A stretch of 64,000 bases of DNA from Mustelus asterias. Its lineage: Eukaryota. The position numbers were made by a program, and so were the translations under genes. The notes beneath the pieces were generated by a model. It was not told the origin of the DNA. It ran no database searches and worked only from the letters and a program-made list of their open reading frames with translations. Positions 14,764 to 28,100 of the stretch are shown here, piece by piece. The number at the start of each line of letters is the position of its first letter. Within the stretch, counting starts at the first letter, position 1. The stretch is taken from assembly GCF_964213995.1 (NCBI RefSeq), contig NW_027590198.1:124001-188000 (forward strand), written 5' to 3'.

Positions 14764-17700
14764 ACATAGAACATAGAAACATAGAAAGAAATACAGTACA
14801 AACAGGCCCTTCGGCCCACAAGTTGCGCCGGTCATGCCGCTACCTACCTAGGTTTATATATAGGCTTATCTATAACCCTCAATCCTGTTAAGTCCCATGT
14901 ACTCATCCAGAAGTCTCTTAAAAGACCCTATCGAGTTTGCCTCCACCACCACTGATGGCAGCCGATTCCACTCGCCCACCACCCTCTGAGTGAAAAACCT
15001 ACCCCTGACATCTCCTCTGTACCTACTCCCCAGCACCTTAAACACGTGTCCTCTCGTAGCAGCCATTTCAGCCCTGGAAAAAAGCCTCCGAGAATCCACC
15101 CGATCTATACCTCTCAACATCATGTACACCTCTTTCAGGTCACCTCTCAGCCTTCATCTCTCCAAGGAGAAAAGACCGAGCTCCCTCAGCCTATCCTCAT
15201 AAGGCATGCCAACCAATCCAGGCAACAGCCTTGTAAATCTTCTCTGCACCTTTTCAATCATTTCCACATCCCTCCTGTAATGAGGCGACTAGAACTGAGC
15301 ACAGTACTCCAAGTGGGGTCTGACGAGGGTCTTATAAAGCTGCATTATTATCTCCTGACTTCTAAACTCAATCCCTCGATTGATGAAGGCCAGCACACCA
15401 TACGCCTTCTTAACCACCCCCTCTACCTGCGAGGCCGATTTAAGAGTCCTATGGACCTGGGCCCCAAGGTCCTTCTGATCCTCTACACTGCTAAGAGTCG
15501 TACACTTGATATTATACTCCTTCATCCCATTCGACATGCCAAAATGGACCACTACACATTTTTCCTGTTTGAAGTCCATCTGCCACTTCTCTCCCCAGTC
15601 TTGCATCCTATCAATGTCACACTACAGCTTCTGACATGCGTCCAACCTATCCACAACACCACCAACCTTCGTGTCGTCGGCAAACTTACCAACCCATCCC
15701 TCCACTTCCACATCCAGGTCATTTATGAAAATGACAGACAGCAAGCGTCCCAGAACAGATCCCTGGGGTACTCCACTGGTGACCGACCTCCATTCAGAAA
15801 ATTACCCGTCTACAACCACTCTCTGCCTTCTGCAGGCAAGCCAGTTCTGAATCCACAAGGCAACAGCCCCTTGCATCCCATGCCCTCTCACTTTCTTGAG
15901 AAGTCTTGCATGGGGTACCTTATCGAACGCCTTGCTGAAGTCCATGTAAACCACATCTACCGCTTTTCCTTCGTCAATGTGTTTCGTCACATTTTCAAAG
16001 AACTCCACCAGTTTCGTAAGGCACGATTTGCCTTTGACAAGGCCGTGCTGACTACGTTTGAGCATACGAAACTTCTCTAAATAAATCCTGTTCCCCAGGA
16101 TCTTCTCCATCAACTTACCATCCACTGAGGTTAGACTCACCAGTCAGTAATTTCCTGGGCGATTCCTATTCCCTTCCTTGAATATAGGAAACACATCCGC
16201 AATCGTCCAATCCTCCAGAACCTCTCCCGTCTCCATCGACGACGCAAAGATCATCACCAGAGGCTCTGCAATCTCTTCCCTCACCTCCCACAGTAACCTG
16301 GGGTACATCCCATCCGGTCCCGGCGACTTATCTATCTTGATGCTATTCAAAATTTCCAACACATCCTCTTTCTTAATGTCCACATACTCAATCTTTTCAG
16401 CCCACCTCAGTCCTGTAGTACAACCACCCAGGTCTTTTTCCACCGTGAATACCGAGGTAAAATATTCATTAAGCACCTCTGCTATTTCTTCCGGTTCTGT
16501 ACAGACTATCTCACCTTCACCTTTTATAATTCCTATTCCATCACATCTCATCCTTTTCCTCTTCACATATTTATAGAATGCCTTCGGGTTCTCCTTAATC
16601 TCACCTGCCAAGGCCTTCTCGTGACCCCTTCTGGCTCTCCTAATTTCTTTCGTTCCGACAAGCCGTCTACTCATCTAGATCCCTATCATCGCCTAGCGCT
16701 CTGAAGCTTTTGTACGCTTTCCTTTTCTTTCTCACTAGGTTCAGCGCAGCTTTCGTGCACCATGGTTCCCGTAACCTACCAACACCTCCCTCTCTCATCG
16801 GAACGTTGTCATGCAGAACTCGAGGCAAACATTCCTTGAAAATCTGCCACCTTACTTCAGTACTTTTCCTCGAGAATGCCTCCTTCCAATTTACGCATCT
16901 AATCTCCTGCCTGATGGCTTCATATTTCCCCTTACTCCAGATAAACACTTTCCTAGCTTGCCTGATCCTATCTCTTTCCAATGCTTGCGTAAAGGAGATA
17001 GAGTAATGATCACTATCCCCAAGATGCTCCCCCACTGAGAGATCCGACATCTGGTACTGGCTCATTAGCCAGTACCAGGTCGAGTACAGCCTCTCCTCTT
17101 GTAGGCTTATCCACATGCTGTGTCAGGCAACCCTCCTGAACACACCTAACAAACCCCTCCCCATCCAAACCTCTTACTCTATGGATATTCCAATCGATGT
17201 TTGGGAAATTAAAGTCTCCCATCACGACAACCCTGTTATTCCTACATCTCTCCAGGATCTGTTCCCTATCTGCTCCTCAACATCCCTGTTACTATTGGGC
17301 GGCCTGTACAAAACACCCAGCAAAGTTATCGACCCCTTCCCGCTCCGAACTCCCACCCACAGAGACTCCGTAGACAATCCCTCCACGGCTTCCACATTCT
17401 CTGCAGCTCTGACACTATCCCTGATCAGCAGTGCCACTCCCCACCCCCCTCTTTTGCCTCCCTGTCTGTCCTTTCTGAAACATCTGAAACCCGGCACCTG
17501 AAGTATCCAGTCCTGTCCCTGTCCCCAAGTCTCCGTAGTGGCCACCACATCACACTTCCAAGCATCGATCCACACTCTAAGCTCATCCACTTTATTCAGT
17601 ACACTCCTGGCATTAAAATAGACATATCTCAAACCTTTGGTTTGAGCTCTCCCCTTCTCCATCACCCGTCTATTCTCCCTCTTACACTGTGTACAATCCT

Positions 17701-18091
17701 TCTCTATTTGCGGGCTAGCCTCCTCGCTCTCAGTCACCTCATCACGATTCCCTCCCCCCAACCTTTCTAGTTTAAAGTCTCCCCAGTAGCCTTAGCCAAC
17801 CTTCCTGCCAGGATATTTGTCTCCCTAGGATTCAAGTGCCACCCGTCGTTTTTGTACCGGTCACACCTTCCCCTAAAGAGGTCCCAATGATCCAGGAAAC
17901 TGAATCCCTGCCCCCCGCTCCAGTCCCTCAGCCACACATTCATCCTCCACCTCACTCCATTCCTGCTCTCACTTTCCCCTGGCACAGGCAGCAATCCTGA
18001 GATAACAACCTTTGTGTTCCTCCTTCCCAACTGTCTACCTAACTCCCTATATTCTCTTTTCATTACCCCTTCCGTCTTCCTACCTATGTCA
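14764..18091 (-). mobile_element. CR1 LINE with ORF1 esterase C-terminus and near-complete disrupted ORF2
   Basis: ORF1 VVISGLLPVP...DGWHLN (SGNH-like), APE YFNARS...TETW...YRPP, RT motifs, and a (CATAGAA)n tail. It splits an older CR1. Confidence 0.95.
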
Positions 18092-18313
18092 GCGTGCATG
18101 TACGTGGTGCATTTGCACTTTCAGAAGACATTTGAGACGGTTCCTCGTAAAATATTAGTAGGTCAAATTAAAGCACGTGGGATAGGGAATAATGTATTGA
18201 CATTTGTGTAGAATTCGTTGACAGATAAGAAACAGAGAATGGAAATACATGGGTCTTTTTCCGAGTGGCAGTCAGCGACTGGTGGGGTACTTCAGGATCC
18301 CAACTTATATTAT

Positions 18314-18575
18314 TTATTAGTCACATGTAGGCTTACGGTAACACTGCAATGAAGTTACTGTGAAAAACCCCGAGTCACCACACTCCAGCGCCTGTTCGGG
18401 TGCACTGAGGGAGAGTTTAGCATGGCCAATGTCCCTAAGCTGCACGTCCTTCGGATTGTTGGAGGAAACCGGGCACCCAGAAGAAATCCACGTAAGCACG
18501 GGGAGAATGTGCAGACTCCGTACAGAAAATGCCCCAAGCTGGGAATCGAACCCGGTCCCCAACGCTGTGCCACCG
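18314..18575 (-). mobile_element. V-SINE (HE1-like)
   Basis: Same head and V-domain, inserted in the CR1. Confidence 0.85.
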
Positions 18576-19093
18576 TGGGATCTGGATAAGGAAATCAAAT
18601 GTAAAATGTCCTAAGCGGCTGGCGATGCATAACTGTGAGCTATGAGGAGGATACAGTGACTTGTGAGCTGAGAGGAGGATGCAAGGGTCTTCAATGTGAT
18701 CTGGACAAGTTGTGTGAATGGGTGAACATGTGGCAGATGCAATACAACGTGGCTAAATGTACAGTTATATGCGTGTGTAAAGCACAAAACAATATATATT
18801 TGGAAGTGTGATGTACAAATTGATCTGGGTATCCTTTTACACCAAACAATGAAATCGGAGAGGTATGTACAGCAAGCAATTGGGAAGGCCTTCGTTGCAA
18901 GAAGATTTGAGTTCGGAATTAGTGAAGTCTTACTGCAGTAATGCCTGGTCTTCATCAGACCACATCTGGAGTAATGCGTATAGATTTGATCTCCCGACCT
19001 AAGAAAGGGTCTCTGGCGAGTGCAGCTGATACACGGATTGGTGGGACTGTCCTATACGGCGAAATTGCTTCGACTGGGCCTGTATTCACTTGA

Positions 19094-19218
19094 CTGATCT
19101 GATGAAGGAGCAGCGCTCGGAAAGCTCGTGATTCCAAATAAACATGTTGGACTTTAACCTGGCGTTGCGAGACTTCTTACTGTGCACACCCTAGTGCAAC
19201 GCAAGCATCTCCACCTCA
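19094..19218 (+). mobile_element. Older PLE family A-related solo arm with a degenerate hammerhead
   Basis: CTGATGAAGGAGCAGCGCTCGGAAAGCTCGTG...AATAAAC.TGTTGGACTTTAACCTGG...GCATCTCCAC, flanked by TGTATTCACTTGA / TGTATTCATTCGA, inside a CR1. Confidence 0.75.
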
Positions 19219-19304
19219 TGTATTCATTCGAGTTTAGAAGGATGAGAGGAGATCCGATTGAAATACGTAAAATTGTGATTGCAACATTCAAAGCATAAAA
19301 AATG

Positions 19305-19600
19305 AGGGCGATGCAGTGGAACAGTGGCTAGCACGGCTGCCTCACAATGCCAGGGACCTGGGGTCGATTGCCAACTTGGGTCACTGTCTGTGCAGAGACT
19401 GCACATTCTCCCATTATCTGCGTGGGTTTCCTTCAGGTGCTCCCTTTTCCTCCCACAGTCCGAAAGACGTGCTGATTCGGTGCATTGGCCATGCTAAATT
19501 TTCCCTCAGCGTACCTGAACAGGCGCTGGAGTGTGGCCATAGGGCCTTCTCACAGTAACTTCATTGCAGTGTAGTCTACTTGTGACATTGATAATCAATG
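19305..19600 (+). mobile_element. V-SINE (HE1-like)
   Basis: CAGTGGCTAGCACGGCTGCCTCACAATGCCAGGGACC...CCCACAGTCCGAAAGACGTG. Confidence 0.85.
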
Positions 19601-19974
19601 AACTTATGAATAATTAAATGAATTCTAACAGGGCTGGGCAGGCGAGATGAAGGAAGGACGTTTTCGCTGGTTAGGTAGTATCAAACCAGGGATGCAGTCT
19701 CAAGACATAGGGTAGCCAAGTTAGGACAGAAATGAGGAAATATTTCTTCACTTCAGAGACTAGTGAACATACGGAGTGCTCGAGCACTGAAGGCTTAGGA
19801 CGTCATGCCACTGAATAGATTCAAGAAATAAATTGATTTGTGATTAGATTTTAATGGTATCGGGGGTGTGAGCAGAATCCAATAATGTGGCCTTGAAATA
19901 GGAAATTAATCAATGATCATGAAGACTGGTGGATCAGGCTCGAATGGCCTCCTCTGGCTCCTAATTTCTATGTC

Positions 19975-20295
19975 ACTAATGTTCAGTCAATGTTCTGAGG
20001 ACCTGAGTTCAAATCCCGCCAGAGCAGATGGTGGAACTTGAAATCAATAAAAAATAGCTGGAATTAAGAATCTATTGATGACAGTGAGACCATTGTTGAT
20101 AGTTGTAAAAACCCATCTTGTTTACTAATGTCCCTTTAGGGAACGGAATCTGCCGTTCTTACCTTGTTTGACCTACATGTGACTCCAGAGTCACAGCAAT
20201 GTGGTTGACTCTCAACTGCCCTCCAAGGGCAACTAGAGATGGGCAACAAATGCTGGCCAGCCAGTAATGTGCAAGGCCCACGAATCAATAAAAAA
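19975..20295 (+). mobile_element. SacSINE1/DeuSINE-like SINE (related copies ~2440-2790, 32820-33180, 45078-45430 on +; 34710-35045, 61770-62080 on -)
   Basis: GAGTTCAAATCCC...GGAATCTGCCGTTCTTACC...GTGACTCCAG...GGCAACAAATGCTGGCC...AATAAAAAAA. The family name is from recall, not from a search. Confidence 0.65.
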
Positions 20296-21699
20296 AGCTA
20301 TGTTTAGCCTGTTTGTCCTACATGTGACTCCAGTTCCACAGTGATGAAGCTGACCCTTACGTGCCTCTGAAATTGACAAAACAGCCATTCAGGTGTTTCA
20401 AAGTTGCTGCAGAAAGTCAAACATAAATAAAACCGACCAGAGGGCAATTATTACAAAAAGGTAGTTCACAACCGCCTTCTCAGTATGGGCAATTAATGCT
20501 GACTTTGTCAGTGATGCCCATATCCAGAGAATGAATAGAACAGTGCAAACTACTGCGAATTCCGGAAATCTAAAAGTAATACAACAAAAAAGGCAGGTCA
20601 GTGGGCATTAGCAGTGGGTGAAACAGATTCTCATTTCAGGCCGATGACAGAATGTAAAATCTCATTGATAAAATTCGATATAACAGGACTGTTCTGCCCA
20701 GTATCCTGGCCACTCATTCTTCAACTAAAATCACAAAATTACTGTTCATTTATCACATCTCGCTTTGTGGGAGCTTGTTGTGCACCAAATACTTGTATGT
20801 CCAACATTACAGCAGTGAATAACTTCAGCGAAAATATATCAGTGAGTTGTAAATGGTTTGGGACGACCTAACGTCAGGTAAAGCGCTATGAAAATGCAAG
20901 GCCTTTCCAAATGTTAATATTATAAAATGCAAGAATTGATATGTTAAAAGCTCTGAGATTCATGCGATTATCGTCACTCCTCTGCCTGATGTTTTAGTTT
21001 AGTGTCTAGTTTTAGTAGATTAAATCATCAATCAAATTGACATTCAGTGGAATACCAGTCTTTTCAGACATGTTTTATTTATTCTGACATCAGAACTTTC
21101 AGAACAAATTCTTGATTAGAGGGTATTTTTTTATTTGAATTAAATAGCGTCTGGTCTAATGGGTATTCACGAAGTTTCTATTGATTTTGAACCTGCTGTC
21201 AATATACTTAAAATAAACCGCTATTTTGAATTGAAACTAATGAATAAATGACGGTTTATCTGGTTTTGCTGCCATGAACATCTCATTGTAACCAGTGAGG
21301 TGTTTATGGAAATAAACACAGAAATAGAAATCCCAGATTAGATTTATTGATTGACAAAAACGCAACAAATATTTCCCCATCAACACAGCACAGAAATAGA
21401 GGCAAACATGCAAATCAATCATTGGATTCCAGTTGTGATTGTTTTTTGGGTATATTTTTTCATCAGTTTTCTGCACAAAACAAGCTATGATTATCAATGT
21501 TCAAAATTAGGAAAGATTCCCTCTAATCACAAAATATAAGGACGCGGCGATTTAATGTGCTTTATCTCTCTTTGTCTTTCTCCTCTCTGATTCTGTGTCT
21601 TGTTTTGTCTCTCCACGATGGGTCATTGTCTTTACTCAACAACATCAAGTCAAACTCCAGCAAATGTATTCTCTCAGGACTATTTTCAGGCCTCTAACT

Positions 21700-22010
21700 A
21701 AATGGATTTAATTCAATCTATAGAGGGAGCTTTTCTCCAATATGTATCTTGATCATTCCCTGTATCTAACCCTTTCTGTCCCAGCGTCCCATTGTTTCAA
21801 TGGACAGTGTAGAGAGGTTTTTACTGTTTCTAAACAGTCTTCATTTGCTGGAAATGCTTGATTGAGATAGTGTGGATGGAGTTTCACTTTTTATCTATCC
21901 CGTGCTACACCTGCTTGGGAGTCTTTAATGTTGCACTGTGGAGGGAGCTTTACATTCGGTGCCTAAACACATGCTACACCGGCCCTTGGAATGTTTGATG
22001 GGACACTCGG
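21700..22010. repeat. Degenerate ~65-bp minisatellite (longer duplicate at ~38300-38960)
   Basis: Repeated GGACAGTGTAGAGGGAGCTTTACTCTGTATCTAAC...GGGAGTGTTTGAT. Confidence 0.7.
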
Positions 22011-23520
22011 CCCTGTCTCTATATTGCACTCATCTGTGACCCTACTCTGCTGATGTTAAATTAACTAATCCCTGTTTCGGTTTATATTAAAGAAGATTTT
22101 GTCTCTGTTCACATTACACTAGACGTACTTTCTGTTTATAATAAACTAGATGCTGTCTCTGTTTATATTATACGTCACCATGTCTCTGTTCATATTGAGA
22201 TCGACAATGACTCTGCTTTTATTAATGTAGACCTGTCTCTGTACTAAACTGGATGCACTTGGCCATGTCCATGTTCATTTTATATTGGGCACGGACTCAG
22301 TTATTACTGCACTAGACATTGCACAATAATGTGAAAAGTGGCTATGGGAAAACGATTCTCTGCATCCTCCTACAGGTACAACTCTGACGGATGGAGACAA
22401 GTCTTGGGAACTGGAAAAGAAGAAGTGATATTTGAAAGCTCATTCTACTGATGCATTGAAAATAGATATCAAACCCTGCGCAGCATACACTGTCGATCCA
22501 AGATTTTCCGTTTCAAGATCCTGCTGAATACAGATGTTTATAGCCCAGCATATTTATGCATTATATTATCTCTCTACCTCACAGAACCGTGGAGTAATGT
22601 TCATGGAGCCATAGTTCAGACAGAGGATTACTATAGTGCAGTAATAACAGTGACCTGGTCTCGCGAAATATAGACAGAGTCAGGATCAAATGTCATATAA
22701 ACAGGGATTGGGTCTAGTGCATCATAAACTAAGCTCTGGTCAAGCAGAGTATTAACAGAGACAGGATCTATTTTAATATAAACAGAGGCCTTATGCAGTG
22801 AAATAGAAATGAGGTCGTGCCGAGTGCTTTGTGGGAAGTTAAAGGCAAAATACTGGCCTTACGAGAGACACCCACAGCCCATGAAAGAAATATTTTAACA
22901 ATATGGATGACATCAACGAGTACAAGAAAAACTGAGATGGTGTCCAGTGCAATTTAACCGAATGCAGTTACTTGCGCGATATAAACTGAGACACATAGTG
23001 TCAATTACTGATACAGGCCTGAACCGATATTAACTGAGGCAGAGCTTAGCGCATTAGCAGTAATTACTGATACAGATTCTGGACTGACATAAACTGAGAC
23101 AGAGTCCAGTGTGTTAGTGGTCATTACTGATGCAGTACCGAGACTGATAAAAACTGAGACAGAAATTAGTGTGTTATTAATGATTAGAGATACGCTATTT
23201 AGAGTGATATGAACTCAGAAATTGGATAGTGCATTGGTAATAATGATTAATATGTGATCTAGACTGGCATACACTGAGATATGGACAATGCAGCAAATTA
23301 GAGGGATCACATGTGCAATAATAACAGAGGCAGGGCATAGTGTTGAGTAAACAAATACATGCACTTGTGCAGCATTAACTAAAACAGTGTCGAGTTTATT
23401 AGATCGAATGAACCATTAGAGTAATGACAGTGACCGAAACTTTTGTAACTCAAGAAGGATGTTGCTCCAGTGTAGGAGTCACAGATAAAGGTTCTGATGC
23501 AGTAGGAATTGAGACACAGT
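22010..23520. repeat. Degenerate 27-bp satellite in two opposite orientations plus a ~60-bp higher-order unit
   Basis: TGTCTCTGTTTATATTACACTAGACCC-like units recur at 22155, 22182 and 22209. Reverse-complement units start at ~22620. ~60-bp AAACTGAGACAGAG units lie at 22980-23290. Related arrays at ~2940-3600, 11300-12000, 12870-13200 and 38990-41200. Confidence 0.7.
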
Positions 23521-23545
23521 CTCTTCCCAGATTGAAGATTTAAAG

Positions 23546-23826
23546 CTTATTTATTGGTGTCATAAGTAGGCTTACATTCACACTGCAATGAAGTTACTGT
23601 GAAGAACCCCGAGTGGTCACACTCCGGCGCCTGTTTGAGTACACTGAGGGAGAATTTATCATGGCCAAAATGCACCAAACCAGCACCTCTTTCGGACAGT
23701 GAGTGGGAACCGGAGCACCCAGAGGAAACCCACTCAGACACAAGGATAACGTGCCGACTCCACACAGACAGTCACCCAAGTTGGGAATTGAACCCGGGTC
23801 CCTGGCACTGTGCCACCGTGCCGCCC
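23546..23826 (-). mobile_element. V-SINE (HE1-like)
   Basis: GGCGGCACGGTGGCACAGTG...GGTTCAATTCC on the - strand. Confidence 0.85.
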
Positions 23827-24049
23827 TGATTAACTGAAACATATTTCAGCACAGTCATAATTCAGAAACCATCGTTAGAACAGGCCTTGGCTTCACTTAT
23901 GAACAACTGATAATGAGCCGAGTAGAGAAACAACAGAGACAGGACATGCTGTAATGTGGCTGGGACATGGCCTGTTGCAATACAAACAGACGTGGGGGCC
24001 AGTTGAACGTAAGCAGCGATATGACATGTTCAAAATCATTTAATGAGGT

Positions 24050-25900
24050 TTTGCTGTCACTGGTAAAGTAGGATTTGTTGCCACTTCTATTTTTTCATCT
24101 GAGAATGTGCGAGTGAGCCCTCTTCTTAAATCATTGCATTCGATATGAGTAAGTACACATACAGTGCTGATAGGAAGGGAGTTGCAAGATTTTCATCCAT
24201 TGACACTGAAAAAATAGTGATACAGATCCCAGTCAAGACGGTGTGGAGGTTTTATGGGCATTTGCAGATAATTGTGTTCTCATGCATCTGCTGCCCTTGT
24301 CATTTTAAGTGTAAGAGTTAATGTGTTTGGAAGTTGCTACCAAAGCATTATTTTGCTCCGATACAAGTTGTATATGGTTCACACGGCTAGAGTTGTACAT
24401 CTGTGATGCAGAGAGTGAATGTTTAAAGTGGTTGGTGGGGTGTCCATCCAGCCGCCTGCTTTTTACTGGGTGGTTTCGAGCTTTTTGGGTGTTGGTTCAG
24501 GACCATACGCCAGGCAAATGGAGAATATTCAATCACAATCCTGACTTTTGCCTTTATATGATGGATAGGTTTGGGAAGTCAGGAGGTGAGTTACTCAACG
24601 CACAATTCCCAGCCTCTGACCTGCTTTTGTAGCAATATTATTTACATGACTGTCCCAGTTCAACTTTCCATCGATGGTAATTCCCAGAATGATGATAGTG
24701 GGGTTTCAGCTGTCGTCATTCCATTAATGGCAAACTCCCCTACCTGAAAGGGTCATTGGGTGTCACTTGGGTGGCGCGAATGTCACATGCCACTTTACAG
24801 CCAAAACCTGAATGTTTTCTAAGTCTTTCTGCTTACGGACACGGATAGCTTCAGTCTCTGAAAAGTTGTAAATGTGCTGAACATCGTGCAATCATCGGTG
24901 AACATCCCACTTCTGAGCTTGTATTGAAGCGTGAATATTAGGCCGAGGGCACTATCCTGAGGAGTTCCTTCAGCAAATGCCCTGTGACTGAGATGATTGG
25001 CTTTCAACAGCCACAACCATCTTACTCTGTGCTCGGTATGACTGAAGCCAGTGGAATGTTTTTTTTCCCTGGATCCCCATTGACTGCAGCTTTGCTCGGG
25101 CTTCTTGATGCCACAATCGGTCCAGCGCTGCGTTGATGTCGAGAGCAGGCACTCTCACCTCACCTCATTAAAGCAGCTATTTCCACTATATTTGGACTAA
25201 GCTTCAGTAATTTCTGGAGTGCTCCGAGTGGGACCCAAACAGAGCGTCATTGAGCAGAATACTAGTATTTGTAGTTGTAGCAGCATTGTTATTATTATAT
25301 GATTATTATTTTTTTATATGATCCTTCATAGTTCCCATTACGTTGATCGAGTGAGGACGCATTGGGCGGTAGTTGGTCGGGTTGGGTTTGTCCTACCTTC
25401 TGAAACAGGTCATGTCTGCCAATTTTCACACTGTTGTGTATGTGACCGTGATGTAGTTATACTTGAATAGATTGGCTAAGGCTCAGCGAGCTCCAGAGCA
25501 CAAATCGCTATTATTATTGCTGAAATATTGTCAGGATCCATAATCTTTGCAGTATCCAATGCTTTCAGCACAGGGTTAGGCCACAGATCAATCATGATCA
25601 TATTGCATGGCGGAGCGGGCTCCAGGAGCTGAATGGTCTACTCCTATTCCTATCCTCCATGTTATCATGCTGAATGAGTTGACCTCCTTGGAGACTGGCA
25701 TCTGTGATGTTCGGGGCACCGGGAGAGGCCGAGATGGAACATCTTCTGGCTGAAGATGGTAGCAATTGTTTCAGTCTTGTTTCTTTTCCCTTTTGCAGAG
25801 CTCCCCCATCATTAAGAATGGGGCTTTCGTTTGAGACTCCTGCTGCAGTTACTTGTTTAAATGTCCATCACCATTCAGGACTGCATGTGGCAGAACTGCA
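24050..25900 (-). mobile_element. Degenerate L2/CR1-group LINE RT (duplicate at ~41570-42180)
   Basis: ALDINAALDRLWHQ...WLQSY, GTPQDSALG, FTDDCT motifs. Confidence 0.75.
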
Positions 25901-26179
25901 AAGTTAGGGTCCAGTGTAGTATTTATTGAGGCAGTGCCTTCTTCATGTAATGTAAACCATCAAGGTGCCAATTCCATCTGCTGGCAAAATTCTGCAATTA
26001 CAGTTACTGTAAATATATCGCTGTCAGGTAGGATTTATGACAGTAATATACAAAGAATTCACATTCATAAATGTAAGATCACATCTCCTTCTGCGGAAAG
26101 TGCTCAAATTTAAGGTGCAACGAATTATAGATTAGATGTACGTTGCTGAATAATACAGGTTAAGTTGTGTCCCGCAGGA

Positions 26180-27000
26180 ATCTGTCTTGAGGTCTCAATT
26201 ATTTACAATAATCATAACGGCTTAGATAATGCCATAAAAAGTCAAATAATCCAAATGGTAGATCAAGGTAGTTTTTAGAAGGCAGAAAGTAAAATTTAGT
26301 GGATGCCCAGCGAGATTTGGGTGTTCAAGTGAATAGCTTCTTAAAATGCCACGAACTGATGCAGAAAATAGTCAAGCAGGTCAACGGAATTCTGGCCTTT
26401 GTATCTACAGGACTGGAGTATAGGGATGCAGATGTTATGCTGCAATTATGCAAAATCCTGGTTAGAGTCCACCTGGAGTACTGTGCACAGATTTGGGCAC
26501 CACACCTTTGGAAAGATTTTGGCTTTGGAAGGAGTTGAACGCAGGTTCAGAAGAATTATATCTGGCCTTCAGGGGTTACGTTGCGAGGAGAAATTAGACA
26601 AATTGGGACTTTTTTTCTCGAATTCAGAAGGTTGAGGGGTGTTCTGACAAAAATCTACAAAATATTTACGGGGTAGGATAGGGCGGATAATTTTTTTTCC
26701 ACCAGTTGAAGGCTCTAGAATAAAGGGCCATAATTTAAAAAAAAACAGGGCCAAGTCGTTCAGGAGAGTTGATAGAAAGTATTTCTACACCCAGAGAGTG
26801 GTGGACTTGAGGAACTCTCTTCCGCAAAGGCCAGTGGGTGCTGGTTCAATTCTTAAATTTATGTCTGAGATCGATTTTTATATTGAACAGGGATATCAAG
26901 GGATATGGGACAAGGGCAGGTACATAGAGTTTGGCGACAGATCAGCGATGAACTTATGAATGGGGGGCGAGTTCGAGAAGGTGAATGACTTGCATCTGCT
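26180..27000 (+). mobile_element. CR1 LINE 3' fragment
   Basis: QRDLGVQV...LVRVHLEYCAQIWAPHL...LEGVERRF. Confidence 0.85.
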
Positions 27001-27619
27001 TTTTGTATTCATTCTTGGGACATGGGCGTCGCTGACTGGTCAGCATTTATTCCCCAGAGCAAGTTGCCCTTGAGAAGGTGATGGTGAGCTGCCTTCTTGA
27101 ATCGATGCAGTACATGTTCTGTGGGTAGATCCACAATGCCGTTAGGGAGGAAATTTAAGGATTTTGACTCAGAGATTGTGAAGGAACGGCGACATATTTC
27201 CAAGTCAGGATGATGAGTGGCTTGGAGGGGAAATTCTGCTCCTCTGTTCCTATGTTGCCAGGTCAGCATCAGAGCATAATGCCTCAATCCATGGTAATGT
27301 ATATTTGTTCATTTTGGTTAGAAGGAGGAATGCTGACCAGGGCGCTGTTGGAGACAATAGGGCCTTTAATGTTCAGCTCAGCAAACATGGTGCTGGGGAA
27401 AATGTATTTGTTCTTCATTCCATCTGAAAGATAGTTGGGGTAATTGTCTCCTAAACCCCCCAGGAAGCAAAGGTGGAGTCTTAAGTTGAAGGAAAATGTG
27501 TGTGTCTGTGTGTGTGTGCGTGCGTTGTCTGAAAAACGTCATATTGTTTACAAATCAATTTCACAATGATAACCGACGTCCTTCCATTTAAAATAAAAAA
27601 TAGACGCAGAGTAAACACA

Positions 27620-28100
27620 TCAATTTCAGAATGGTTTCTTTTTCAAATGTCACCTTTGTTGATGACTGAGAAGGACAATTTTTGAGAGGTTGGCTCTGTT
27701 ACAAGTGCTGCCCATGAAGCTACCAATTGTGGTTTAATGTTGTCGTTTTCTGTGTCATGAATGAGACCGAGGAGTTTTGATGGAGTGCGACTTTTTCCCA
27801 AGTATGGTAGTCCCTGCTCTGCTACCGGTGTTAAATGTCTTGATGAGGTTGACGAGGGTAAAGCTAAGTACATAGGGCATATAAAGCAGATATTTTCCAG
27901 AGTCAATCTTCCATTAAAAACACAACATTGTGCTTCATGATAATCCGGATCTTCAAACAGATGAATGTTTTCAGATGTGTCACTGGCAATGATGTATATA
28001 TATCTGTAGTTGTTGCAGTGTCCTCTGCCGGCTTTTGTTTCCCGGTAGTGTTGTGCTTTTGAATCATCCATCTCCGGTGGAGCGCATCCTATCTTCCATT
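27620..28100 (-). mobile_element. Ancient RTE-clade (BovB-like) LINE RT fragment
   Basis: GRGHCNNYR (~GDRSDCNNYRG), EAQCCVFNGRLT (~ESQCGFRAGRST), and in another frame VNLIKTFNTGSR (~VDLTKAFDTVSR). Confidence 0.65.

Larger units (their letters stand above)
13960..19975 (+). mobile_element. Older CR1 LINE split by nested insertions (pieces ~13960-14763 and ~18092-19975)
   Basis: RT reading SRI..GEP resumes as VVHLHFQKTFETVP (= [15 protein letters not shown]) across the 14764-18091 element. Confidence 0.75.

Noticed and set aside
15046-16080. 344-aa + strand ORF
   Set aside because: Antisense shadow of the CR1 RT on the - strand, not an independent gene.
22980-23290. Regularly spaced repeats resembling a CRISPR array
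   Set aside because: Eukaryotic degenerate tandem satellite. The inter-repeat sequences are homologous to each other and there are no cas genes.
27643-28071. 142-aa ORF conserved in both duplication copies as a possible novel gene
   Set aside because: Explained as a frameshifted RTE-clade reverse transcriptase remnant.
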